Positions 26,016 through 36,499 are shown, counted from the stretch's first letter. The stretch: DNA of 64,000 bases from an uncultured Acidobacteriota bacterium (GCA_963696165.1 CAVOIY010000005.1:407780-471779); one strand, 5' to 3'. Notes: generated by a model not told the origin, from the letters alone. Numbers and translations: made by a program.

Positions 26016-26558
26016 ATGAAGTCAATTGCGCTCGCGTGTCTGGCCGCCAGCTTCGCACTGTCCATCCCGTCGCGTGCACTGGCGCAGGACTCGAAATCGG
26101 CCCCGCTGGCGAAGCAGCTCGCGGCCGCCCTCGATGCCGCGAAGCTCGATAGCATTGCGGCCAAAGATCCGTCCTCGCCAGACGGCTTCATCGGCGCGCT
26201 CTATTTTCCAGGACTGGAGCTCCTGGTCGTGTCGGCGCGATACTCGGCCCCTTCGCTCCTGTCCGACAAGCTCCTGCAGAAAACCTATCGCGACATCTAC
26301 ATCGACTTGAACAGCGCGTCGCTTCTCGAGAGCAAGCTGTTTGTCGAGGACCTCGGCGCCGACGGACTCCAGATCAAGCGCGAGGAGAACAAGCCGTTCG
26401 ACAGCTACACCGCAGGCGCGAAGCACATCATGTTCGACAGTGATTGGAAGGCGCAGAAGCTGTCGGAAGACGACTACAAGAAGACCTTCGCGAGCGCCGA
26501 CGACAAATACTCCGCGATGCTGACGGCGCTGCTGGCGCAGCTGAGGAAGCCGTCCTAG
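26016..26558 (+). CDS. secreted hypothetical protein (intact, 180 aa)
   Basis: AGGAGG at 26001-26006. Signal peptide MKSIALACLAASFALSIPSRALAQ. No family recognised. Confidence 0.5.
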   Translation: MKSIALACLAASFALSIPSRALAQDSKSAPLAKQLAAALDAAKLDSIAAKDPSSPDGFIGALYFPGLELLVVSARYSAPSLLSDKLLQKTYRDIYIDLNSASLLESKLFVEDLGADGLQIKREENKPFDSYTAGAKHIMFDSDWKAQKLSEDDYKKTFASADDKYSAMLTALLAQLRKPS

Positions 26559-27316
26559 ATTGACGCGCTCGTCTGCGCGTCGTCGAACTTGTAGCCGACG
26601 CCGCGTACGGTGACGACGTAATCGAGCCGCGGCTCTGCGGCATCGAGCTGGCGCCTGACGCGCTTCACGAGCGCGTCGACGCTGCGAACTGTGACGAACG
26701 TCTGCTGCCCCCAGACCTCCGATAGCAACGCTTCCCGATCGAAGACCACGCCGGCGCGCGCCGCGAGCGTGTACAGCAGCTGGAACTCGTGCACGGTGAG
26801 CTTGACGTCGCGCCCTTCGACGTTGACGCGCCGCCGCGCAGGATCGATCACGAGCCGATCGCGGACGACCGGTGGCGGCGACGTCAGGCTGACAGTGTGT
26901 CCGGCGCCGACGCGCGATCGGCGCAGCAGCGCACGCACGCGCGCGACGAACTCGCGGAGGCCGAACGGGGTGACCAGATAATCGTCGGCGCACTGTTCGA
27001 GCGCAAGCTGCGCATCGCGGATGCCCGTGTCGGTCGTGACGAGCAGGACCGGCGTTCGGCGATTCAACGCCGCGTGCCGCAGCCGCTGGCACAGCGCTAC
27101 GCCGCCGATTGTGGGCGCGTGGAGGTCGAGGATAAGGAGATCGAATCGCCGCGCTGCGCAAAGCTCCAGAGCGGAGACCGTATCCCGCACGGGATCAGGA
27201 GCGTAGCCCTCCAGACCGAGCCGCTCGCATAAGGAATTGCGCAGTCGCGCGTCGTGTTCGACGATCAGGATCCTGTCGGGCACGCGGCGCTGAGCTGCAA
27301 GCGCCACGCCGTCCAA
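26555..27316 (-). CDS. OmpR/PhoB-family response regulator, orphan (no kinase nearby), conserved Lys replaced by Thr
   Basis: Receiver ILIVEHD, FDLLILDLHAP, VLLVTTD, ADDYLVTPF. Winged helix LTVHEFQLLYTLAARAGVVFDREALLSEVWG and VTVRGVGYKF. Intact. Confidence 0.85.
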   Translation of the reverse strand: MDGVALAAQRRVPDRILIVEHDARLRNSLCERLGLEGYAPDPVRDTVSALELCAARRFDLLILDLHAPTIGGVALCQRLRHAALNRRTPVLLVTTDTGIRDAQLALEQCADDYLVTPFGLREFVARVRALLRRSRVGAGHTVSLTSPPPVVRDRLVIDPARRRVNVEGRDVKLTVHEFQLLYTLAARAGVVFDREALLSEVWGQQTFVTVRSVDALVKRVRRQLDAAEPRLDYVVTVRGVGYKFDDAQTSASI

Positions 27317-27404
27317 CGGCGTCGATTCTCGGATGTGACGCCGCGTCGTGTGTCACCTGCGGGACACAGGTGTCACATGACGCGTCCACCGGTCCGCAGC
27401 CTCG

Positions 27405-28305
27405 TCACTTGATGAACGTGCCGTCCCGGAGGTCCGTGAACGCCTGCTGCAGCTCTGCTTTCGTGTTCATCACGATCGGCCCGTACCACGCCACCGGTTC
27501 CTCGATCGGCTTGCCCGAGACGAGCAGGAAGCGGATGCCTTCGTCGCCGGCCTGCACGACGACTTCGTCGCCGCGATCGAACAGGACCAGCGATCGATTG
27601 CCCGTTTCGCTTCGAGGCGGCGGCGTCGACGCCGCCGGTGAGCTCGTTCGGCACGCCGAGCGGGCTCGACGCGTCGCGGAAGCTGCCCGAGCCGGCGAAG
27701 ACGTAGGCGAACGCGTGGCGCGATGTTTCCACCGCAAGGCGCTTCCGCGCACCCGGCGGAACCGACACGTCGATGTAGCGCGGGTCGGCGGCAACGCCTT
27801 CCACCGGACCCTTCTTGCCCCAGAATTCTCCGCAGACCACCCGCACGCGCGTCCCGTCATCGTCGACGACCTCAGGGATGTCTCGCGAGAGCACGTCCTG
27901 GTATCGCGGTTGCGTCATCTTGAGCGACGCCGGCAGGTTCGCCCAGAGCTGGAAGCCGTGCATCCGTCCGGTCGGATCGCCTTTCGGCATTTCCTGATGC
28001 ATGATGCCGCTGCCGGCGGTCATCCACTGGACGTCGCCCGCGCCGAGGCTGCCGCGGTTGCCCAGGCTGTCGCCGTGCTCGACCGTGCCGGCGAGGACGT
28101 ACGTGATGGTCTCGATGCCGCGGTGCGGATGCCACGGGAAGCCGGCGAGATAGTCGCTCGGATTCTCGTTGCGAAAGTCGTCGAAGAGCAGAAACGGATC
28201 GAACTCCGTCGTGTTGCCGAAGCCGAAGGCGCGCTGCAGCTTGACGCCGGCGCCCTCCAGCGTGGGCTTCGCGTGAATGATTTCCTTGACCGGTCGAACT
28301 GACAT
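27405..28305 (-). CDS. pirin-family protein (one frame change near 27600)
   Basis: AAGGAG upstream of ATG 28305. FDPFLLFDDF, GFPWHPHRGIETITYVLAGTVEHGDSLGN, VQWMTAGSGIMHQEMP, C-terminal PVAWYGPIVMNTKAELQQAFTDLRDGTF. Confidence 0.85.
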
Positions 28306-28323
28306 CGTCGTACTCCTTAATTC

Positions 28324-28389
28324 GTAGCGGCCGGCACTAGCCGGTGGTCGACGTCCGCCCAAGGCGGACGCTGCATCTGAACAGATGCA
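28324..28389. repeat. intergenic REPIN-like doublet plus an extra 8-bp hairpin between pirin and doxX
   Basis: GTAGCGGCCGGCACTAGCCGGT, GACGTCCGCCCAAGGCGGACGCTGCATC, TGCATCTG-AA-CAGATGCA. Confidence 0.8.
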
Positions 28390-28397
28390 CAGTAGGT

Positions 28398-28896
28398 TCA
28401 GGCGTGCACCGGTTGCTGGCGCAGCGCGAGGTTCGCGATCCCCGAAAGCACCGCGATGCCGAGCACGAGGGCGTTGAGGCCGGGCGTCCAGACGCCGGCG
28501 AACCCCAGCAGGCATCGAATGAGTATTGGCCTGGCCCTGTCAGCGCGAGGGCAGCGGCGCCTGCGCCGTACAGCAGCGGCACCTCGATGCCGTTCGACAT
28601 CGCGAACAGACCATTGGGCCAGTGTACGCTCATCGCCGCGACAATCATCACCGCGACCATGAGCGCCGGCCCGACCGGGCCGAAGAGCCCGGCTGCGACG
28701 AGCACGCCGCTGACGACTTCAGCGAGCAGACGCGAGCGCCGCGAAGAAGCGAGCGGGGCGGAATCCGAGCGCGTCGAACATGCCGGTGACCGCGGCGAGG
28801 CCGTGGCCGCCGAACCAGCCGAAGAGCTTCTGGGCGCCGTGCGCCGCCATGAGAGAGCCGAGACACGAGACGGGCGAGCAGTAATCCTGTATTCAT
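28398..28896 (-). CDS. DoxX-family membrane protein (frame breaks)
   Basis: MNTGLLLARLV, then after a frame change GSLMAAHGAQKLFGWFGGHGLAAVTGMFDALGF. VVSGVLVAAGLFGPVGPALMVAVMIVAAMSVHWPNGLF. Confidence 0.75.
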
Positions 28897-28903
28897 GGAA
28901 GTA

Positions 28904-28927
28904 ACTATAATATGTATAGTGACTATA
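28904..28927. promoter_or_regulatory. AT-rich triple half-site palindrome in the doxX/hxlR divergent spacer (candidate HxlR operator/promoter)
   Basis: ACTATA-ATATG-TATAGT-G-ACTATA. TATAAT-like hexamers occur on both strands. Confidence 0.35.
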
Positions 28928-28953
28928 TGTCAAGTCGGCGCTATCCTAAAGAC

Positions 28954-29312
28954 ATGAGAGAGGTTCGCGCCGCCGCCTGCGCTGTGCGCGCGTTTCCATC
29001 GCGCCAGCGAGCTCATCGGCCGGCGCTGGACGGGCGCGATCATCTTCGTGCTCCTCAAGACGCGCTGCCGGTTCGCCACGCTGCGCGACGCCATCCCCGA
29101 CATCACGGACCGCATGCTGAGCGACCGGCTCCAGGAGCTCGAGGAAGAGGGCATCATCGAGCGCACGGTCGTGCCCGCCACGCCGGTGCGGGTGGAGTAC
29201 GCGCTCACGCGGAAGGGGCGCGCTCTGGCGCGGACCGATCAACGCGATTACCGACTGGGCGCACAAGTGGGTCGAGGCCGATGACAAGCCACGAGCCCGC
29301 CGCCGCGCGTAG
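28954..29312 (+). CDS. HxlR-family transcriptional regulator (frame breaks)
   Basis: CARFHRASELIGRRWTGAIIFVLLKTRCRFATLRDAIPDITDRMLSDRLQELEEEGIIERTVVPATPVRVEYALTRKG, tail INAITDWAHKWVEAD. Confidence 0.8.
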
Positions 29313-29377
29313 GCCAGCGTTCGGCATCCGGCGCGCCGTTACCGTCGTGCTTCGATGCGCTCCGTGACGGCGTTTTC

Positions 29378-29412
29378 TCGCGAAATCTCCATAATCTCGC
29401 CATATTTCGCGA
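29378..29412. promoter_or_regulatory. 9-bp perfect inverted repeat enclosing a -10-like hexamer, upstream of the small ORF
   Basis: TCGCGAAAT-17 nt-ATTTCGCGA, with CATAAT inside the spacer. Confidence 0.3.
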
Positions 29413-29445
29413 TATTGCCTGGTACGTCGGTTGCCTTTACGCCAG

Positions 29446-29661
29446 ATGCGAATGCGAGACGAGACCCCGCGGATCACCGAGGCGGTCGAGCGGTTGAAGG
29501 GGCTGTTCCTCGAGATGCCGGATACGCCGGTGCTCGCCGAGGACGCCGCGCGACGGGCGGGCCTCGAGCAATCGACCTGCGACATCATCCTCGAAGCGCT
29601 CGCAGACGCCCGGTTTCTCACGCGCGACCGCGCGGGCCGGTTCGTCCACCGCGACGCCTGA
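29446..29661 (+). CDS. small hypothetical protein, possibly winged-helix-like
   Basis: ORF 29431-29661, first ATG at 29446. ...ITEAVERLKGLFLEMPDTPVLAEDAARRAGLEQSTCDIILEALADARFLTRDRAGRFV. No family recognised. Confidence 0.35.
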   Translation: MRMRDETPRITEAVERLKGLFLEMPDTPVLAEDAARRAGLEQSTCDIILEALADARFLTRDRAGRFVHRDA

Positions 29662-29778
29662 TGGTTCGATTCGCTTAAGCGGCCAGCTTCAGCCGCCCGC
29701 CTGATCGGTCCTCCTCGAGGCCGACGCTACTTCATTCGAAAAACGCATCAATGCCTTGGCGGCCGCTCGCGCTCGTCC

Positions 29779-32161
29779 TCACTTCGAGCACGGCGCCCGC
29801 AGTCGATTGACCCTGCGCCTGGAACCGAACGTGACGTGGTCCTTGCCGCGCGTCAGCGATTCGGGAATCGCGTATTCGCGGTCCAGTTCCTCGGTCGGGT
29901 GATACTCGAGTGATTCGGCGGCGACTTTCTCACCGTCGACCATCACGTCGAAGGAGCGGCGGCGACCTTCGCTGCCGCGATACGTGCAGACGAGCGTCAC
30001 CGCGCGATCGGCAGGGACCTTCAACGAATAGCTGAACCAACCGCCGCGGGCCTCGCGCGTGCGCCGGCCTTCGAAGTAGCCCTCGGTCGCGTTCTCACCT
30101 TTGTAGCGGTGGTCGCGCTCGCTGTTCGCGTCGTTCGACGACGATGGCATCGATGGTGCGCGCGTCGACGTCTTTCCGTCGCGCTGTCGGCGGCCGCGAG
30201 CTCGCTGTTGCGCGCGGTCCATTCTGGCCGATGACAGCACCTTCCAATACACGGTGTACCGCTGATCGACGATCTGGTACAGCGGCACGCAGCGACACCT
30301 CGTGCGGTTGCGCAAGACCCTTCGTGGCGAAGTGAAGACGTGCGCCGGCCACCGGCGTGATTTTCGACGGAACGGACGCGACGTCGCCGATGAATACGGG
30401 AATCGTCGGCGTCTTCACGCGGCCGACCTGCGGCGTGCTCGGTCCGTATCGCTTGATGGTCTCGAGCCCCTCGCGGCCGAGATCGCCGGCCAGCACAATC
30501 GGACCATACATGACGGCGATCATCGTCGGATCGTCCGGCATCGCTTCGGTGTGCAGTGTCATCGGCAGGCGGATGTCGACGCGGTCGCCGGAGGTCCACT
30601 CACGATCAATCGTGGCGTACGAACCGCGCGCTTCGGCGATGGGCGCCGGCTTGCCGTTGACGCTCACGATCATCCCGGACTGCGCCCACCGGGGTAGCGC
30701 ACCTTCAGCGCGACTCGCACGGGGCTCGTCGTCGTCAGCGTAAGGTGCGTCGCGTCCTCCTCGGGGAACCGCGTTTCCTGCCGCACGACGAGGCCGTGGT
30801 CCTTCCACGTGAGCTCGGAGGGAATGAACAGGTTGACGTAGAGCGATCGATCGTCGTGGAAGTAGATCGTGTCGCCGTACTTCGCGTGGTTCTCCATGCC
30901 GGTGCCGACGCAGCACCAGAACGAATCGTCTGGCGTGGAGAACGATTTCCATGCGCCGGGCTTGAGCGGGCAGTAGTAGAGCACCATGCCCGTCTCCGGA
31001 TCCTGCGACGGCAGGATGTGGTTGAAGAGCCCGCGCTCGTAGAAATCCATCGCCTCGGCCGACGGCGACCACTCGAAGATGTGGCGCGTCAGCTTCAGCA
31101 TGTTGTACGTGTTGCAGGTTTCCGGTCCGCTGGCGCCGAGGTGCTTGGAGAATTCCTCTTCGGGAAAGAACGCCTCGCCGTCGCTGTTGCCGCCCATCAC
31201 GTACGTCCGGTGGTGCACGACGCGGTCCCAGAAAAACGTCGCGATGTCGCGGTATTGCGCGATCGCCGCCGAGCTCGTACTCACGCGCCGCGCCGATGAT
31301 CTTCGGGAACTGCGTGTTCGCGTGGAGGCCGTTCAGCGGATCTTCCCCGCGAAGCAGCGGATCGAAGATGGCGTGATGATCGAACTTGTGCGCGATGCGC
31401 AGGTACTCCGGGTTGCCGGTCGCGGCGTAGAGGTTCGCGAGCACCTCGTTCATGCCGCCGTGCTCAGTGCCCAAGCGCCGCCTGCATCTGCACGTCGGTG
31501 AGCCGGTCGACCCGAAACTTCACCCAGTCGGCCATCTTCGTCACCGTCTCGAGCGCCTGAGCGTTGCCGCACAGCTCGTTGACGTCCACGAGCCCGGCCA
31601 TGATCTTGTGAATCGTGTAATACGGCGCCCACACCTTCTGCCGCGCCTCGACGCGATCGAAGAACTCCTCGGGAAAGGCCGAGAGATAGCCCGGATGGAA
31701 TTTCTTCGCTTCCGCCGCTCTGCACTTTCGTCAGCTCGGCGACCATCAAGTCCGCGCGGCTCTTGAACCGCGCGTCACCGGTCGCCGCGTACATGAGCGC
31801 GAGCGCCGACATGTAATGGCCGACGGCGTGGCCGCGCAGCTCGACATCGGGCGCCTCCCACCCGCCGAGCGGCGTGGCGTGTCGACGGCAGGCCCGCGGT
31901 GACGCGGAAGTTGTGGAGCAGCCGATCCGGCTCCAGACTCAGCAGATATTGCGCGTCGAGCTGCATCGCCTGCTTGAACGGACCGTCGAGCAGACGCACA
32001 TCGGTGAGTGAGAATGGACGCGCGACCGGCGCGACTTTGTCCGGCACGGCCGAAGGCGCTGCGGCTGTCCGCAACGATGCGACGATGCGACCGCGCCGAC
32101 ACACCCAATCGCGAGCGACGATGGTATTCAGCCGTTTCACGCGGGACCTCCACTCATTCAT
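29779..32161 (-). CDS. DUF1680 / GH127-GH146-like glycoside hydrolase, paralogue A (many frame breaks)
   Basis: HAVGHYMSALALMYAATGD, GTEHGGMNEVLANLYAATGNPEYL, ETCNTYNMLKLTRHIFEW, FWCCVGTGMENHAKYGDTIYF. Its start overlaps the stop of paralogue B (ATGAATGA). Confidence 0.75.
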
Positions 32162-34182
32162 ACGGAATCCAGACCGTCATCTCGCCCTTGCCCCGATTGT
32201 TCCACGCATAGTAGGGAATGGCGACAATGTGGCTGCCGTAATCGACCTCGACACCGCCGAGCAGCTGCGCTCTGAACTCGTGCGCGAGTGGCGCTTCGAG
32301 CGGAAGATGGATGTCGCTGATGTGTGCGCCGGCCGCCGAGTTGTCGACGCCTCGAGGCAATACACGATCGGTCCACGCTGGATGGCAGCCTTTCCGCGGT
32401 CTTCGGCCACGCGCCTCGTCGGCGACGACACGGCGGATCGGCATCGGCAGTTCGAGCACGACCATATCGCCTTTTCGCCAGACGCGATGAAGGCGTGCGA
32501 ATCCCTTGTCGACGGCAAATGTAAGTAATTTGCCATTGACAGACAGCGTCGGTGACGTCCGGCTGAAGCCGGACGCTGCATCACGGCCCAACGTGGCGTC
32601 CGGCGTTAGCCCGACGTCATTTTTACTCGCAAAGCGATACAGATCCGTTGGCATCGCTTCTCCTCGCGACCAGCCGGGAATGCGCACGGCGAGCGTGAAG
32701 TCGGCCGGCCGCTCGGGATCGACGTGGATCGTCACGCGCCCGTCCCACGGATATTCGGTGTCCTGAGTCACATGCGCGGACGCGCCGCTGACGTTCATGG
32801 CGGCTTTGCTGCCAACGAAGAGGTTCACGTACAGCTCGGTATCGCGTTGCGCATAGATCAGCCCCGGAATCTGTTCCATCAGCCTGGATAGATTGGCGGG
32901 GCAGCAGGCGACGTCGAAATAGGCGCTTCGTTCGATCGTGCCGTTCGAGACGAGAGGATTCTGGTAAAAGAAGCGATCGCCCGACAGCGATACGCCGGAA
33001 AGATAGCCGTTGTACAGCGTGCGCTCGAACGTGTCGTAGTACGACGCGTCGCCTTCGCGCAGAAACATGCGGTGGTACCACAGCATGCCGCCGACCGACG
33101 CGCACGTCTCCGCGTACGCGCGATTCGGCAACACGTAGTCGTCGCCGAACGCTTCCGTGCGTGGCTCGGCGCCAAGCCCGCCGGTCAGGTACATCCGCTT
33201 CGATGCCACGTCGCGCCAGAGCGCGTCGACGGTATGTCCGAACGCCTCGTCGTGCAGAAGCGCGGCGACGTCAGTCATCGCGGAGTACAAGTAGGTCGCC
33301 CGGACAGCGTGGCCGACGGCCTGCGTCTGCTCCACAACCGGCTTCTGATCCTGCCGATAGGCGAGGTCGTTGTAGATAGCGAAGCGGCTGCCTGGCTCGA
33401 ACGTGATCGGAGGATTCGTGTGCGCACGGCCGCGTTGGTCGAGAAAGAATTTCGCCTCATCGAGGTATTTGCGATCGCCTGTCGCGCGAGACAGCTTGAC
33501 GAGGGCGAGCTCGATCTCTTCGTGGCCAGGCACATCGTGTCGCGCGTCGGGGCCGAAGACCTTGCAGACGAGATCCGCGCTCTTGATCGCAACGTTCAGC
33601 AGTGTTCGCTTGCCAGTCGCCTCGAAGTGCGCGACCGCGGCTTCGTACATGTGTCCCTGGTCGTACAGCTCGTGGCTGGTGCCGAGCCACGACCAGCGCT
33701 CCGGTCCGGCGCCCGCCGCCGGATTCTTCGGATCGACCGAACGCGGCGTATACAGATAGCCGTCTGGTTCCTGGGCCGCGGCGATGGTCGCGATCAGCGC
33801 GTCGAGCTTCTTGTCCAGCGCCGGATCAGGCGCGAGCCTCAGCGAATACGACGCTGCCTCGATGATCTTGTACACGTCGGTGTCGTTGTAGCGCTGACCT
33901 TGGTACGGGCCTTCGACCTTGTGAGCCGCTTTGAGAAAATTGTCGACGCGCCCGGTCTGCTCGTTCTCGCGCATGATGTGCGGGATCGTGACGGTGCGAT
34001 TGATCTCGAGCCGCGGGCGCCAGAAGCGATCGGTCAGCTGCACGGCGGTTGCGGGCACGGCACGAATCGGGTATCCCGCGACGGGCGAGGCGCCGGCGGC
34101 CTGAGAGTGTTCCGCTCCGGACCGTGCAGCGACCAGCGTGAGGGCGCCGCACACGACCATCAGGGCCGCGGTCCGTTTCACA
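32154..34182 (-). CDS. GH127 beta-L-arabinofuranosidase-like glycoside hydrolase, paralogue B
   Basis: GTG 34182 overlaps the GH31 stop (GTGA). ELYDQGHMYEAAVAHFEATGKRTLL, AVGHAVRATYLYSAMTD, AYAETCASVGGMLWYHRMF, YFDVACCPANLSRL. Open ORF, but with a compensated double frame shift at about 32345-32425. Confidence 0.85.
32554..32618. repeat. REP-like doublet inside GH127 paralogue B
   Basis: GACGTCCGGCTGAAGCCGGACGCTGCATC and ACGTGGCGTCCGGCGTTAGCCCGACGTC. Confidence 0.8.
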
Positions 34183-36499
34183 ACCGAACCTCGATCGGCG
34201 ATCCGGTGAACACGATGTCGCGAGTCGCGGGGGATCCTATCGCCCGAACGCGGATGGGCCGCTCGGCAGGCCCGCGCGCGCGGGAGCCGGCCGAACGCGC
34301 GAGCGTCAAACGTCGCTGACGGTCGTCCCACCGCATCTCGATCCCCATCCAATCCCCGCGCTGATAGTCGAACGATCGCCCATCGTCCTCATACAACGTG
34401 AATGCGCCGTCCGCGCCGGGATACACCTGGACGGTCAGCGGCGCGGTCACCGCTTCATCAACATATTGTTTCACTGGACCGAGCGGGAGGATCGCGCCCG
34501 CTCTGACAAAGAGCGGCATTGTCGCGAGGTCGACCGGACGGCTCACCTCGCGTCCGCCTTCGATCGCCTCGTCGTTCCAGAAATCGTACCAGCGCCCCTG
34601 CGGCAGATATGTCGATCGCGAGGTGGCCGCGCGTTCGACGACCGGCGCGACGAGCATGTCGCGGCCCCAGAGGTATTCGTCGCCACGGGCGACGCGCGGT
34701 TCGATCGCCCGGGTAGTGAATCCAGAGAGCGCGCGCGATCGGCAGTCCCGTCGTGTGCGCTTCGCGCACGGCGGAATAGAGGTAGGGCAGCAGTCGATAG
34801 CGCAGCTCGAGATACTTCCGGCAGATCGGCTCGACCGCGGCGTTGTGGAGCTCGGCCGGGTCGGGATTCGACGCGCCGCCCGTGTAGTTCGAAAGTTCGT
34901 CCGGGCCGAGCTCGCCCGTGTTCCATCCCCACGGCAGGCGCAGCTTCCACGTGCGGCCGTGCGAGCGGAAGAGCGGACAAAACGCCCCGAACTGAAACCA
35001 GCGGACGTAGAGCTCGCCGGTGAGCTCCTTGGTCGGCACGAACCCGCCGATGTCGGTGCCCCAGAACGGCATGCCGCTCAGGCCGGTGTTGACCGCCACC
35101 GGCACGTGCGTCTTCAGCGTTTCCCACGTCGAATACACGTCGCCCGACCAGAGAAACGCCGCGTAGCGCTGCATGCCGGGATATCCATTCCGGTGCAGCG
35201 CGAAGGGCCGCTCGTTCGGCCTCGCCTCGCGAGCGCCGTCCCAGTACATGCGGATTCGCGCGAGGCGCGAGGGTCCGTCGAGACCATCGCCCTGGTCCGG
35301 CCACCAGCCGTCGATGCCGAGATCGAAAATCGGCTTGTGCACGGGCCAGTAACAGGACACCTGGCGATCGTCGGGCCACTTGCCGTCGCGCCTTCCCGCT
35401 CGGCAGCGGCGGCGCGGTGCATGGATCGCTGACCGAACCTGTCAGCGTGCGGCCTTCGAGAACGGCGTGCAGCACCACCTTGAAATGATCGCGCGTGCAG
35501 CTCGCGCAGCATTTCAGGTGGATCGGGAAACACCTTCTTGTTGAACGCGAACTCGCCGTTGTCCGTGTTCCAGCCGGACGGGCAGAAGCCGGTGCCGAGA
35601 TAAATCAACGTGTCGCACGGCAGCTTCTTCTCGCGGAACGTTTTCGCTTCCTGCAGAATTTCCTCGCGGCTCGCGAGCGTGCGGTGCGACTGCTGATAGC
35701 CAAGCGACCAGAGCGGCGGCATTTCGGGGTAGCCGGTCAGCTTCGCGTATTCCTCGAGGATCGCGGCCGGCTCGCGCGCGCCCACGACGAAGATGTCCAG
35801 CGGCAGCGCCTGCGGCGGCGCCGGCAGGATCGAACCGGCCCTCGGCGCCGGTGAGATCGAAGGTGCCGAACGGGTGATGGACGAACATCGCCCATCCGCT
35901 CGTGCCGATCAGCCACGCGACGGGCACGCGCCCGCCATGCGTGCGCAACTGGTAGCCGCCCTGGCCGCTCCGCATGCGATCGGCCGACCCGCGGCGGTCG
36001 AACTGCGGACCACCTTCGCCGAGCCCCAGGATCGGTCCATCGCCCAGCGCGAATGTCATCGCGCCGGTCTGCGGAATCGACGCGCAGCAGCTGCACCGCG
36101 CGACCGTCCTTGTGCTGCGACGCGGAACGGTCAGCGGCTGTTTCGAGATGTGGACGACGAGATCGCCGACGTGCGCGGAATTCGTGAACGCTGGTATCGA
36201 GCCGCGGCTGGCGGCGCGGAAACAATGCCATGCCGATCGAGGGCGCCATCGACAGGAACCGGCTGCAGCCGACCGCCTGTCGACGCTCAGGACTCTGAAT
36301 GCGCGTCGTCAAAGGCGTCACCGAGCGTGACGACGAACTGAACCGGACGGCCGGCGATCGTCAGCGCAGGACTGAAGTTCTGCGCCACAACTCCTTCCGC
36401 AGGACTAAAGTCCTGCGCTACAAGTGGGCGAGCAAGGCCGGCGCTGCCGAGGAGCGTCGCGTGCTTCAGCAGATCGCGCCGCGAGAGCTTCTCGCTCAT
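34178..36499 (-). CDS. GH31 alpha-glucosidase/xylosidase-like glycoside hydrolase with Tat signal (many frame breaks)
   Basis: MSEKLSRRDLLKHATLLGSAGLA. GIDGWWPDQGDG, GMQRYAAFLWSGDV, MPFWGTDIGGF, VRWFQFGAFCPLFRSHG. ATGA overlap with the paralogue C stop. Confidence 0.85.
36363..36423. repeat. two REP-like units (CAGGAC-stem variant) inside the GH31 gene after its Tat signal
   Basis: Minus strand reads TTGTAGCGCAGGACTTTAGTCCTGCG and TTGTGGCGCAGAACTTCAGTCCTGCG. Confidence 0.8.
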
